Source: Euglena gracilis
Taxonomy: Eukaryota
Length of the DNA: 64,000 nucleotides
Direction of reading: 5' to 3'
Assembly (NCBI GenBank): GCA_039621445.1
Contig: CP154954.1
Span: 45,673,847 to 45,737,846, forward strand
The notes under the pieces are model-generated. The model was not told the DNA's origin, did no database searches, and saw nothing but the letters and a program-made list of their open reading frames with translations. Numbering within the stretch: the stretch's first letter is position 1; each line of letters opens with the position of its first letter. Of the stretch, positions 1 to 11,862 are shown in pieces. A program made the translations under genes and the position numbers.

Positions 1-1056
1 CCCCTGTTTTGCCTATCAGGCCTCCTTGATGATGATGGTGTTGGTATCCATACCATAGGGGGGCCTCTGTGGGTCCCCCCCTTCTTGATTCCACTGGGGG
101 ATTTGAAGAATGATGAATAAATATTTGTGGGGGTCCTTCCCCTTCCCCCTGTTCCTCCTGGGGCTGGGCATGTGTTAAATACAAAGCCCCTGTGGGGCTG
201 CCCTTTAGCTTCTGGGGGGCCTCTGGAGGTCCACCCCTTGTATGGCTGCCATAGCCCTTGGATTGGCCTCCTGGGCCCAAGCCCCTTTTGCTCTGGCCTC
301 CATGGCCGGGGCTGTAAGTTCTGGCTTCTTGCCATGCCCAATTGAAATCTGGGGGAGCCCTGTTGGTGGGCCTCCCCCCTCCCCCCTGGAATGGGGTTGT
401 GGGCTGAATTTGAAAAGGATGGTTGGTACAGACCTCTTTTGCCCCTTCCTGTGGGCTGCCATAGCCCTTGGATTGGCCTTCTGCTCCAGACTGGGCCATC
501 TGCTGGCTTCCCATTGTTGTACTGGCCCCCTTGTCCCTTATTCCATCTTGATGGGTTGGGGGCATTTGCTCTGTGGGCTGGGGCTTTTGCTCTCTGGGCT
601 GGGTCTGCCAATTTTGAAGGTTTCCTGCACCCCAATTTGAAATGTAATGGGTCTTGACCCTGGGTACCCAATGTCTTCCGTCGTCGTCTGGGCTTTTTGC
701 CCACTGTCTGCCAGGGTCCATGGCCATCACTGTGTGTGGCTGTCTGCTGCTGAAAATTTTCTGTTGAGATGTGTGGGGGGGAAGTGATGGCCACGGTTCG
801 CCACGTTGAAACCGCATCTCCAAGTTTTCCAGCTGGCGTTTCTTGTTCTGCACTGTGTCCAGGTTGTCGACTTGATAATTCCAATTTGTTCTCCACATGC
901 TGCATTGACTTCAAATGTCAAAGTTGAAATATTTTCTTGAATTTGATATTCCTCAGGTTCTACAGGTTCTGAATATTGATATTGTATTGTCTTGGTCTCT
1001 TCCAACTCTGTTCTTCAAAACTTTCTGTCTTCTTCCGTGTCGAAGGGCAAGATTAG

Positions 1057-1321
1057 GAATCAGCCAACTCCGGCGAAGAAAGGCACTAAGCGGGACCTCC
1101 TAACCCAGCGCAGCAAACAATCACACAACAAACCGCCGGCGAGCAAGGCATGGCCTCACAATGGCAAAGTGCAGAGCCCGAGGTGTCGTTAAGAATCAGC
1201 CAACTTTGGCGAAAAAAGGCACTAAGCGGGGCCTCCTAATCCAGCGCATCAAACAATCACAGTAAACCGCCGCCGAGCAAGGCATGGCCTCACAATGGCA
1301 AAGTGCGGAGCCCGAGGTGTC
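1057..1321. repeat. Two tandem copies of a ~135-bp unit
   Basis: GAATCAGCCAACT...AAGGCACTAAGCGGG...GAGCAAGGCATGGCCTCACAATGGCAAAGTGC.GAGCCCGAGGTGTC at about 1057 and 1193. Confidence 0.8.
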
Positions 1322-1582
1322 AGAACTGCTCGATAAATCCTGTGCGACTCTAAAATTTTCTCGCCACCGCCATCCGCCAAATTTTGGCAGCCTCAATTTT
1401 TATCATTATCCTAAAGCATTTCATTTCGAAAGCATTTTCGAAAACTCCCATTGCCAGGCGGCGCAAGTTTAAATTTCCACCGGAGACCATACAAACAATA
1501 ACCCCCCAAAAAATAACGCCCATATTCACAAGGACACAGTAAGTGGATACCTTCATCTGGCGTAAATAACGAAAATATGCCG

Positions 1583-2044
1583 CACAGTGTCACCCTCATC
1601 AACCCCACCCTTGGGCAGCCAAAATACCTGAAATTTTGAGGGGGTAAGCTGTTTGGTGTTTTTTGGGGTTGACTGCGGATTTTAGCCTTGAAGATGATTG
1701 CCTTTGAAATCTTTGAAATTGTAAGCATAAGAAGAGCATGCAAAGTGCAAAAAATCCGTTTCTCAAGTGAGGGAAGTAGAGAATGGATGACACCCATAAC
1801 CATTTATGTTTCCTCTGCCATATTTGCAATTTGGCACTGAACTTGCAACTTTTTGGGGAAGAAAGATGGATTGACATCCACTTTTTGGGCTTGCACCCGT
1901 CATTCATGACCTTTGGGCTCTTTGGGCTCCCGAGTTGGGGAGGGAAATTATTCAGTGATTTCTGGACGGTGCCAGGATTCCAAAAAATGGGTGAAAATGG
2001 GGGGGCATCATTCGGGGGGGGGGGGAGATCGGGGTGACACTGTG
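1583..2044. mobile_element. Possible non-autonomous TIR element with CACAGTGTCACCC termini
   Basis: 13-bp inverted termini CACAGTGTCACCC / GGGTGACACTGTG; no convincing TSD. Confidence 0.4.
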
Positions 2045-2253
2045 CAATCACCATCCCATTTGAACGGGTTTCTTACACTTCAGACTCGTGCCACAGAATC
2101 CAAACACATCATAATCCCAGCACTGAACGTCAACAAAAACTCCTTTTGTGGCAATGGCAGCGTGACGTGAGGACGCCATAAGAGTGGAAAACGAAAGTGG
2201 GATTCTGGTTGTCAGAAGGAAAGTCGCAGTCTGCGAAATGTGCATGCTTGTGT

Positions 2254-2329
2254 TCACTTGAAATGCTTTGGCACACCCAAAGGAGACTTCGAAAACTGGA
2301 GGTGCAACAACTGCCCTCGCAACGGATAC
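2254..2329 (-). CDS. RRM gene last exon
   Basis: YPLRGQLLHLQFSKSPLGVPKHFK* matches the conserved xLSFSKNPLGV C-terminus of Scw1/Whi3-type RRMs. TGA at 2256..2254; 5' boundary approximate. Confidence 0.75.
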
Positions 2330-2689
2330 ATCTCAATTTGTGGTTCCAGACTCACTCCTTCAAAGTTAATGACAAAGGGGGGGGAAAGCAGTGCGGAAAG
2401 CATTTCTGAAAAAAGGCCAATGGAACTGCGTCGAAAGTGTCATAAAGAATAACTGGTTTACGACCCAGCCTTCTTTTCGCAAAGCCTCAAGAAAAATAGG
2501 AAACGCCAGCTTCGTTTTGGGGTAAGGGTCAAGCCCAGTCAAGCCCAGTGCGTCGCTGAAGACTGGAACCCACACCCCATTTTTGGGGTGTGTTCATTTC
2601 AGAGCCCCCCCCCCCAGGCGATTTGTGAATCGTTTTTGCACAGAAAGGTGGCGCCAAGGGTTGCCCAAAGACTGAGGGCCAGCCTGGGC

Positions 2690-2788
2690 GACATCGCCTG
2701 AGAGGCCAACGCCTCCGAGTCGAACTGCACCAACGCAAAGCACTTCTGGCCGTTGTTGACCAGGCGCAGGTCCTTGAAGCCCAGGAAC
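2690..2788 (-). CDS. RRM gene exon carrying the RRM2 core (RNP1)
   Basis: FLGFKDLRLVNNGQKCFALVQFDSEALASQAMS. The exon ends TC|GCCCAGG, a perfect Y|RnnCAG junction. Confidence 0.8.
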
Positions 2789-3013
2789 GGGGGCGGGGGC
2801 TGCCGCGGGAGGGCGGGCCCCAGCGAGGGCGCTGAGGCTCGGGCTCACTCCCCAGCCGGGAGCAACGGGGGGGGGTGGAACAAAGGTGCAAACATGGCCT
2901 CTGTTCAGGGGACCCCTTCCCGAGCAGGGGACGACGGTTTGAGTCAACAGGTACCCCCAAGCCCAATAAACACGAAATTTACTCTCCAGTGTCTGCCTGA
3001 CTGTCTGTCTGCC

Positions 3014-3046
<33 letters not shown>

Positions 3047-3324
3047 GGGCATTAAAAGGCGACAAACTAGATGGTCTGGGCACCTCCGATCCTTGGGCAA
3101 GAGGGTTGATTAGACATGGGGGCGGGGGCATTTCTGCACATGAAAGGGGAGAAAAGCTGAAAAGAACTCAAAAAAATCCGAGTCCAACGCTGAACTGGGT
3201 GAGCGAAGCTGGGGGGAAAAGTGAGGAAAAGTTGTCCTCTAAAAAAACCCCCGCCTCTGAAAGCGCCAGCTGAAAGAGGATAACGGTGTGGAGGGGGCTA
3301 GCAACCACCGGTCGAGGAGGCGTA

Positions 3325-3394
3325 CGTGCGAAGCTCCTCCTCTGTGACATTTGCAGGCAGGCCTGCCACATAAAGAGTGTCGCACGGTTGGGCC
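3325..3394 (-). CDS. RRM gene exon carrying the start of RRM2
   Basis: AQPCDTLYVAGLPANVTEEELR matches the PCNTLYVGNLP..xEEELR signature of Scw1/Whi3 RRMs. The 3' boundary is approximate, and a further micro-exon near 3255-3285 is likely but unresolved. Confidence 0.8.
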
Positions 3395-3399
3395 ACAGC

Positions 3400-3745
3400 C
3401 ACACCATTGCTTAGCGACCCCCGGGGGGGGAGGGGGGGGTCACTTTCCGCTCCGAAAAAACCAGTCAGTCATTTTTTTTTCGGCCAAGCCGGTCAGTCAT
3501 TTTACCCCCGGGGGGGGGGGGGTCGGCCACTCAGGAAAACCAGTCACTTTTTGGCCTTTCAACGCCATTTTTGGCCAAAAAATTCTCCGGCGCCTTCGGC
3601 GCCAGTTGGCCACTCAGCCACTTTTGGGTGATTTCTGGCCTACCCCACCCCCGGGAGGGGGGTCACGGCCAAAAAAACCAGTCAGTCACTCTGAAAAAAC
3701 CAGTCACCCCGGGGGGGGGGGGGACAGGTGTTAAGCAATGATCTG
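3400..3745. mobile_element. hAT-type MITE forming a nonconventional intron of the RRM gene
   Basis: Imperfect TIR CACACCATTGCTTA / TAAGCAATGATCTG; perfect 8-bp TSD GCCACAGC at 3392..3399 and 3746..3753. Confidence 0.85.
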
Positions 3746-3748
3746 GCC

Positions 3749-3768
3749 ACAGCAGGAGAAGAGGTGGG
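3749..3768 (-). CDS. RRM gene micro-exon (PTSSPAV) immediately before the MITE intron
   Basis: Reads in frame into the RRM2 exon once the MITE plus one TSD copy is removed. The upstream boundary (TAG| at 3769) is uncertain. Confidence 0.5.
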
Positions 3769-3817
3769 CTACTGTCGGCTGAGCTCAACAAGAAGTTGTT
3801 GCCACCTGGGACGACAA

Positions 3818-4041
3818 TGTGCATGCGCCCGTGCATACGCACGCACGCACACACACACGCATGCACGCACGCACGCACGCACGTGCGCGCGCACACACAG
3901 ACAAAAGCGCACATGCGCACATATGCAGGCACGCACGCGCTGACACATGCAGCACGCACGCGCACGCGCACGCACGCACGCATACATGCATCAGCAAGCA
4001 CGCGCGAATGATTGTATGCAAGTGCGCACGCACATGCACAC
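3818..4041. repeat. (GCAC/CA)n-like low-complexity tract
   Basis: Alternating purine-pyrimidine GCACGCAC/ACACAC run; similar sequence resumes at about 4974-5021. Confidence 0.8.
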
Positions 4042-5661
4042 CTCTCGGGGGGGGGGTCCGGAAAACTCTTCCAGTTGGTCGAAAACAGCATGGCCCGAAA
4101 TCATTTTTGCAGAACTGCGCAAAAAGCATGTTCGAAAGGACCATCCTTGCTGAAGTGTTATGACCATAGGTTCACTGAGTGATCCCAGGGGGGGCTTTCC
4201 CCTGCCACCCACCCCCGACCCCCACCCAGAACTCCCAGAAGAGGGGGGGGGGGGGTCAACCACCGACCCTCTCACCCAAAATCCAGCCAAAATCGGCTGA
4301 AACCCCTCCAAAAAAATTTCCAGCCAGTTTTTTTGAAAAAAAAGTTTGGACCCTGGGGGGGTAGGGTGAATGGGTTTGCTGGACCCCTCCTCCCCCAGGG
4401 GTGCCCCCAAAGGCTTTTTGGGTCCAAAGCGGAGGAGGGGCCATTTTTTGGCCTTTTTTGGCACGAAGGCCTGTTTTGACCCCAAAATTGACCCTCCAAA
4501 AATGGGTCCACTGAAATAAAGTTCGGCCACAAAAAGAACTGGACATTTTTTTTGCGGGTTTTTGGGGTTTCGGCTCCAAACTTTGGCTGAAAATGCCAAC
4601 CCGGCTGAATTTTTGTCGTTTTTGGGGGACCGCGCTGGGACCAACCTGCACGGTTTTCCCGGAGGCGTATGGGAATCTCCGAAACCCTATGGGTGGTGAG
4701 TGGGGTGTGTGTCGACAACCCCCATCCTGTGGTGGGTGGGGAGCATTTCCCACATTTCCGGGGGCGCCGGTTCTTTGTTGAAATCCTTCGGCACTGAAGG
4801 AATTTATCCTTGTGGAGTGGTGTTGCGGGTGAGGGGGTCATCAGCACCATCCTGGATCTGGTGGGAGGGTCGAAACCCCCCCACCAGACCTTTGCACACA
4901 GCCCTGGGGACACCCCCTGGGTGGGTTGAGGGACCCCACTTCCCAGTCGGTCTTTCAAAAATCCCTGACATTTACGCACATGCACGCATGCGCGCACACA
5001 CGCACGCGCGCATCATGTGCACGTCAGGCATTCATTTAGTGTGTTCGCGAAAGCCGTAGTGAATACAAATTTTATTCTGGGGAAAGCAGGATAAAACCAA
5101 AAAAAAATTGTGGACATGGCTGAACACACACAATTTTGGTGAACGCTGTTGAATGGGGGTAAATACAAGAATTTTCTCAAATTTTGAAGATACTAAAAAA
5201 AAATGTTTTGCACGTTTGAACACAATGTTTCATTCGGTGAACACAGATGAACAACAATTTTTGGGTAAACATGGGTGAACGCACACACATTTTTTTTCTT
5301 GGTGAACACATGAGAACAAAAAAATGGTGACTAAAGGAATGTCTAATACACAGATGCACAGCACCTGCACCAACCTAAAATGTGGCAAAGCTGGACTTGG
5401 GGACAACGTCTATGTAAACCCCCCTCCCAAATAACACCCCCCCAAATAACACCCCCCCCCCAAATAACACCCCCCCCTCGGGGGCCGATTTCGAGCGCCA
5501 AAATAACACACCCCCCTGTTTTCCTTTGGTTTTCCATGTAAAAATAATACACCCCCCAAATAACACCCCCCCTGGGGCCCCAGCTCAGGTGCCCAAATAA
5601 CACACCGGGGGGGGGGGGGGGGTTCTTTGGGGGGTTACTGCATAAACGTCCTCCAGCGTTC

Positions 5662-5740
5662 AGCCGGGAGGCCCAAGCTGCCCTGCTGCTGGAAGTTCTG
5701 GAACGCCACCAGTGCCTGGTACAGGTCCTGCGGAGCGTAC
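5662..5740 (-). CDS. RRM gene exon 4 (linker), probable
   Basis: YAPQDLYQALVAFQNFQQQGSLGLPA, in frame with exon 3 using the intron end ...GCCTGCGGGT|G (CTG at -8..-6). GC3-rich. 3' boundary uncertain. Confidence 0.55.
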
Positions 5741-7892
5741 ACCCGCAGGCACGGTCACGATGCGTCAACAAGCTCAAAAAAAGCATCAAAATTGTTGGCC
5801 ACAAACCTCGGTAGTTCAAAAAAAATCAATCTTTGCCCAAACTGGACAATACGACGCAATACTGGTGAGGTTGGTGTGTGGTCAGATGTGAGCGTTGTGA
5901 ATTTAACTTCTCTTAACCTTCCCCAGGCTACCTGAGAGATAAGGGCCCCCTTCGGTTGCATGAAAGATATTCCAACAGGAAATACCAAAAAAAACCTTTG
6001 GGGCTTCAACCCCCCCAATATTGTGTTTTCTGGAATTTCTTGGAAAACAGGCAAAAATGCGCGGGAAAAAACTTTACTTTTTGGACAAAAGCTGAAAGGA
6101 AAAGCTCCCTTTTCCCCTCCTCGCAGCCAAATTTATCTATTTTGTTGTTTAATTTTTTGCTGGTTGCCCCCTGGGAGGGGGGGGGTGCAAGGTAAACCTC
6201 CAAACACAAGGCTATGGTGTCTTAAATTGGGGATTCTGAAAACAGGCTTGGTATTCGGTGCCGGTCAGAAAATTCGAAAGGGTGTCTTGTTGGGGGGGGG
6301 GGCATTAAATGAGTGCCCTCTTGGGCAAGGTCTGCTGGGATCATTTTTGGGATTCAATCAACAAATTCTTTCCTCGTAAATACCCAGTGACCCAGAGTAG
6401 CCCCGGCCAGGAAGGCTGGAGCAGGTATTATTTTCTTAAGGAACCTTAAAAAACCTTTAAAAAAAAAACTTCAAAAAACCTCAAAAATTTCTGAACCAAA
6501 ATGCCTTAGAAAAACCTTAAAAAAATTGGAGTTGGAAAATTTTTCAAAACTTTTGATCAAAAAAGAAGTTGCATATCTCCGCAGAGCAAGTTAAACCCCG
6601 GGGGGAATGATTTCTGGCATCACTGGAACATTGTGTGTGTACCCAAAACTCAAAAAAATGGTTTGATTTTCAACCTGGACCGACGTTGGATCGATGTCCA
6701 GATGGCTCTTCGACCACCCATGACAAATAGACGCCTTAAAAATTATAAAAATTTGAAAATGCCTCAAAAACCCTTAAAAAAAGAAAGAAACGCCTTTAGA
6801 AACCATAAAATTTTTTTGAATTTTTTTTGTTTTAAAAATTTTCAAATTTTTTAATTTGAAGTAATTTCAAATTAAAAGGTTTTAAATGAATAATAATGCC
6901 TGGGCTGGAGCTTACTGGGTTGCAGGTGTGGTTTGTTGAAAGGTTAAATGGGCATTCACATCTCAAGAATTTCCTCTTTCAGCACCACCTCTTGAAAAAA
7001 TGCTGGCTTGGAAGCACGCAAAAAAATGACCGTCTTCCACAGCAATCACAACCGGAAGCAAACGTTTCTTGCTGCTGGTTAATGGGAAATAAATCCTGAT
7101 CCTGGCCATAGATTTTCACGGCAGTTTCCCCCAACTGTAAATGCTCAAGGATTATTCAACCATTCCTGAAGCAATCTGCCTGGAGATATTTGGTGGACTC
7201 AGTTACAGGGAGGACACAGTTTAGTGGCTGCAGTTAAACCCCATCAATGCTTCCCCTGGGAGCAGGCAGGCAAGGTGCAAAAAATCCAGCTGTTTCTTTT
7301 TTGCCTGTCAGCCACCCGCATCGACATAACAAGAAAGCAAACGGTGGGAAAAGAAAACCAATACCTGCAAGCCGACCCAACCCCCTCATTTATAACAATG
7401 AGGAGGTCATTACAAATGGGGGTCGAGAACATGAGGGTCGAGAAGACAAAAAAAAAATCATTTCCTTGACCAAAACGGTCAATTACAGTCAAAACTGGGT
7501 CAGCATGCCATCAAAAGGTCCCACATGAACCAAAATGGCCCCCAAAATGACCCTTAATTGCCCCAGAATGACAAAAGATGCGAAAGACCATACACTTGCT
7601 CTTGCAGGTTCAAAGTGGCCCAAAATTGCCCAAATCTGTGAAAAAAATGGTGTCCCAAAAATGTATGAAATGAATGCAAGAGGACCTTCTTTTTTCAGTC
7701 TCTGCATTTTTACCTCCAGAATTTTTTGGCAGGTGGTCAATATGTTCTCAAACTGGTGAAAGTTTCCTCAATGAACTATCAATGGGTGGTCATTATCCAA
7801 GGGGGCCGTTCCAACCAATGGACAATGCGAATATGACAGAGATGCAGGATTCCTTGCCACTCAACTGCATTCTCCCCCAAATGTGGCTGTGC

Positions 7893-8059
7893 CTGAGAGA
7901 CGCGGGCGAGGTCCGGGCCGCCTTCGAAACCGGCAGCGAGGCCCCCAACACGTCCCCGAAGGGCCTCTTAGCCACCGGGGGGCGGCTCGAGGGTTTGAGG
8001 TTCTTCTGAGCCATCATGCATTTGATGACGGCCCCGGACGCTGGGGCCAAAGCACCTCC
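7893..8059 (-). CDS. RRM gene exon 3 (end of RRM1 and linker)
   Basis: GGALAPASGAVIKCMMAQKNLKPSSRPP... matches the GAVLKAEMAKKNL-type RRM1 end; GC-rich codons. The next intron starts GCACAG. The 5' boundary is approximate. Confidence 0.7.
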
Positions 8060-10037
8060 GGGTGATAATCTCGCCAGGAGGCCCCCAGGGTTGTTGCACG
8101 CGGTACGCACGGGTGGGCGGGCGGGTGGGCCAACGTGTGCGTGTGTGGGTGTGAGATGGGCGGGCGGGGATGGGGAGGTGGCGGGGAATGCGATTGTTCT
8201 TGTGATTTCCAGCATGCAACTCAGAAAAAAAAATTATATACTCTCATTTAAAGAGGCTGTGCAGGTGGGATCCGACCACCCCTTCCCAACGCCCAGGGGG
8301 GAAGTTGGAATGAAAGCCATATGGGGGGGGGTGCTGTGGGTGTGGGTCTGGGTGGGGGTGTGCACTTAAGTAAAATACTTCTAAGCGACTTGCAACCATA
8401 AATACAGGAAGTGCTCAGATGGGTCCACAATCCGGCCATTGGCAATGAAACCTCTTCCAGCCGCTGATGACATATCAAACCCTGAACCTCCCTCTCCTCT
8501 AAAAACAACCACACCTGGCATCTGAAATGTCTGTCCATGGCTGGCAAAAACATTTGCCCCAACCTGTCAAGATTCTTGCCCAGCGCCGTCAAAAAAATTG
8601 CCCAGAGGTCTTAAAATTTTTGCACTTGTTCCGAAAAAAAATTGCCCTCCATCGTGTTATTTTGCACAATAAAAAAGCCTCACACTGCGCAATGGAAAAA
8701 GAGGCACTCCACTCCGGTGGAAGTTTCAAAGGGCGATAATGTAAAACTACCTATCCAAGTGCAAAAATTTTCGGAACGGAGGCAAATATTTTTGGGAAAA
8801 GGTGCAAACAGTTTTGAGATGAAGTGCAAACATTTTTGAGATAAAGGGCAAAAAAAATTGGCCGGAAGTGCAAAACCACATGGTGTGAAACGAAAAAAAT
8901 TCGGTCGCCGGGTGCAGTAATAAAACAAAGATAAATGACAATAGATGATGTAATGGGTGCAGGCAAAAAAAAGTGTGGAACCTGTGTTCAACCAAAACCA
9001 TGAAAGTCTATGTAAAACGCAGGACCCCCCTCGGGGGCCGATATCGAGCGCCCAAATAACACCCCCCCCCCCTGTGTTCCTTTGGTTTTCCACGTAAAAA
9101 TAACACCCCCCCCCCTGGGCCCCACTTCGGGTGCCCAAATAACACACCGGGGGAGGGGTTATTTGGGGGGGTTTAATGCACTGGTGTGCAAATGCATCAA
9201 ACGTTCATGAAAAGGGCATGGAACAAGTGCAAAAATGCGCGAATGTGTGAAAAAAATATGCAAAAAAATCCGCTTACCCTCACCCCCTCCCCTCAAAAAG
9301 CTCCCCCCCGGCCAAAGTGGCCAAAAATTATTGGCAAATTTTGGTTTATCCCCCCAAAGTGACGTTTTTCCTTCGGCACCAAAAGTGCCGAAGGCCAAAA
9401 TTGACCCCCCCCCCAGCACCTAGCACCCCCCCCTAGGCACCAGACAAAAAAGCCTGCCCCCCACAAAGTGTCCCCCCCAGTGCGGCCATTTTGGGGTCCA
9501 ACGGCGCCTAGAGGGGGGCCACTTTGGGTGGGAGGGTGAGGGTGTATGCGCACTTTTCTTGAGACTATTTTGAGGATTTAAAAAACTTTCAGGAAGTGCC
9601 TGGGACCCTTGGGACATTTCTTTGGCCATTTTGGGCCAAAAATGACCAAAAAGTGACTAAAAAAAAATGGTAAAAGCGGCCCCAAAAAAATGTCAAAAGA
9701 TGGCTTGAAATGACCTCAACTTGCCAAAAAAGTAAAAAAAAGTTGGCCCAGATGGCCAAGAAGGTCCACAGCACTGGGGGGGGGGGGTTCCCCCCAACCA
9801 CCCACCCCCTGGGGGGGGGGGGTCCCAGGGGACCCACTCTCGTTCCCCTGAAAATGGCCAAAAATCGCGAAAAATGCTAAAAATAGCACCTTTTCAAAAA
9901 ATTTCGGCGCCTTTGTGTATATCCCCCCAGGCCCAGGGGGTAGGCTGGGCCGGACCCACCTACCCTGCCCCCCCCCTCCCCCCCAGGGGTCCAAGACCAA
10001 CCCCCTGGCATTCAGCAAATTGTGGTGCACTCTCAAC

Positions 10038-10508
10038 CATACATCTCTCTAAGGACCCCGGGGGGGGGGGTTGCTGGGCTAGGGCTAGAAATTTGGGCTG
10101 GCTAGAAATTTGGGCTGGCTAGCCCGCCCCCCCCCCCGGGCGGGGGGGGGGGCTGGACCCCGGCTGGACCCGAACCGGGGCGAGCTGGACTGAAATCGGA
10201 AAAATGCCCAAAAATGACCTGCAGAACAAAGTTTTGAAAAAATGATGCATCTGAAACCCCCCAAAAATGCCCCAAACGCCCCCCAAACCCCATTTTTGGC
10301 CACTTTTGAACACAGTTTTTCAAAAAATTTCGGCGCTTCGCGCCGAAAAATTTTGGGCTGGACCCCCAAAAAAGGGGCTGGCTAGCTGGGCTAGCAGCAC
10401 CCCCCCCGGGGGGGGTGCTGCTGCGGCTGGGCTGGGCCCAAATCGGGGCTGGCTGCAGCCGCCCCCCCCGGGGGGGGGGGGGTTCGCAAAACCTTAGAGA
10501 GATGTATG
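10038..10508. mobile_element. hAT-type MITE inside an RRM gene intron
   Basis: 17-bp perfect TIR CATACATCTCTCTAAGG / CCTTAGAGAGATGTATG; 8-bp TSD CTCTCAAC at 10030..10037 and 10509..10516. Confidence 0.9.
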
Positions 10509-11780
10509 CTCTCAACCTACCTCTGGCTCAGGAACCAGAAACACTTTGACTGGACATTATGGCTGGAAAAGGAAAGAGAAAACAAGAAAAAAGAATTTTT
10601 CAGAGTGGCGAAAATTAACCTGGCCGGGGCGAAAGTGAAAAACTTTGTGGCAAAAAAGAATGGAACAGGGGCGGAAATGATTGCACGGGGGGCGGAAATA
10701 TTTGGACGGACTGGAGAAAATTCTGAGGACGGGCGGTGAAAACACTTGGGTTCGGGGCAAAATATACTCAAGGGTAGCTGTAAAAAAAACAGCATTTGAC
10801 AACGGTTTGCTTCTGAAAAAAGTGCTCCCTGGGTCCATTATTGGTATAAACCATTTTGCTGTCCATAAATCAGGTTTTGTTTGATTTTAATCCAACTGAG
10901 AAACGTTTTCTCAGGGTCCGGTGGGAGCAATAAAGACCCCTTTGGTGTCTTCATCTGCAAGCGCACCAGGGTTCCAAAAGGAAATCAACAAAAATTACAC
11001 AGGCGGTGGGGGTCTTCGGAAAAATTGTGTGCAGGGGGGGGGAGGGAGTGAATTGGTGGGTAGGGGGAATGAGTGGGAGGGTGATTGGGTGAATCCCCCC
11101 CACTTTTGCCTGAAAAAAAGGGAGAGCTGGACCAACATTTTTTTCGTTGAAAAGTTGCTTTCCCGACCTGAAAAATTGTAGAATGACCTTTTCACACATT
11201 TTCAAAATAAATGGCAAAAATTGGCCAGTGGCAAAGGTGCCGCCCTGGCCAGACCCCCCCCCAAACGGCACACACTGTGGTGCACCCCCCTGCCAAGTCT
11301 CTATTGGGCCGTGAAGAGCCTGGAACGGGAATAGTAGGGGGAGGGGGGTGCAACTTTCACTTGCTGCTTTGGATTTGCCAACTTGTGATGGTCGTGGCTG
11401 TAAATACAATTTCCCCATGAATAAATGAGGGGTTGTGTTCTCTTTCCCAAAAACAGCATTTAGTGAAAACGTATTCTTGCCTTGAGGGGGTGGAGCGGGT
11501 CACCGTGGGGGGGGGGTTACAGGGGGGGGGGGGAATGGCCTCTTTCGGGAACCGAAAAACGGGCAGTGGCTCAAAAAGGGCTTTTCTAAGTCATTTTCTT
11601 TTGGAAATTGTTTCCTCAACCTGCTGAGGCCCAATCTGCGGGTCACAGTGGGGCACCACGGGGACTGCGCCCCCTGAAATTATCACACTTGAAACCTCCG
11701 CAAAAAAAAATGTAACCGAAGAAGAATCCAAAAAGAAATGGCAAATCGAAACTGATGGTTGGATCACAAAGAGATTCCAC

Positions 11781-11862
11781 GCCCAAATATGCGGCACACT
11801 GCTCCGCTTGCTCAATGCTGTTAAACCGTGCAAACCCCATGAGATTTCCGCTGCTGGTGGTC
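11781..11862 (-). CDS. RRM gene exon 2 (RNP1 and helix of RRM1)
   Basis: (S)TTSSGNLMGFARFNSIEQAEQCAAYLG joins exon 1 in frame through the junction ...ACATCCCTGATGAT|GAC. The 3' boundary is approximate. Confidence 0.75.

Noticed and set aside
1-1005. Possible coding or retroelement leader fragment on the minus strand
   Set aside because: CpG-poor and Pro/Gln-rich with a 26-bp internal repeat (244, 454), but no recognisable motif and no consistent frame; left unannotated.
1583-2044. Transib/RAG-like element (CACAGTG heptamer ends)
   Set aside because: No 5-bp TSD, no nonamer-like spacing recognised and no transposase; kept only as a low-confidence TIR element.
2207-2230. LRLSF* after a CAG as the last exon of the RRM gene
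   Set aside because: The upstream exon 2254..2329 gives the better family match (LHLQFSKSPLGV) and already ends in a stop.
3663-4163. Cys/His/Arg-rich ORFs
   Set aside because: Translations of a GCAC/CA microsatellite, open in nearly all frames.
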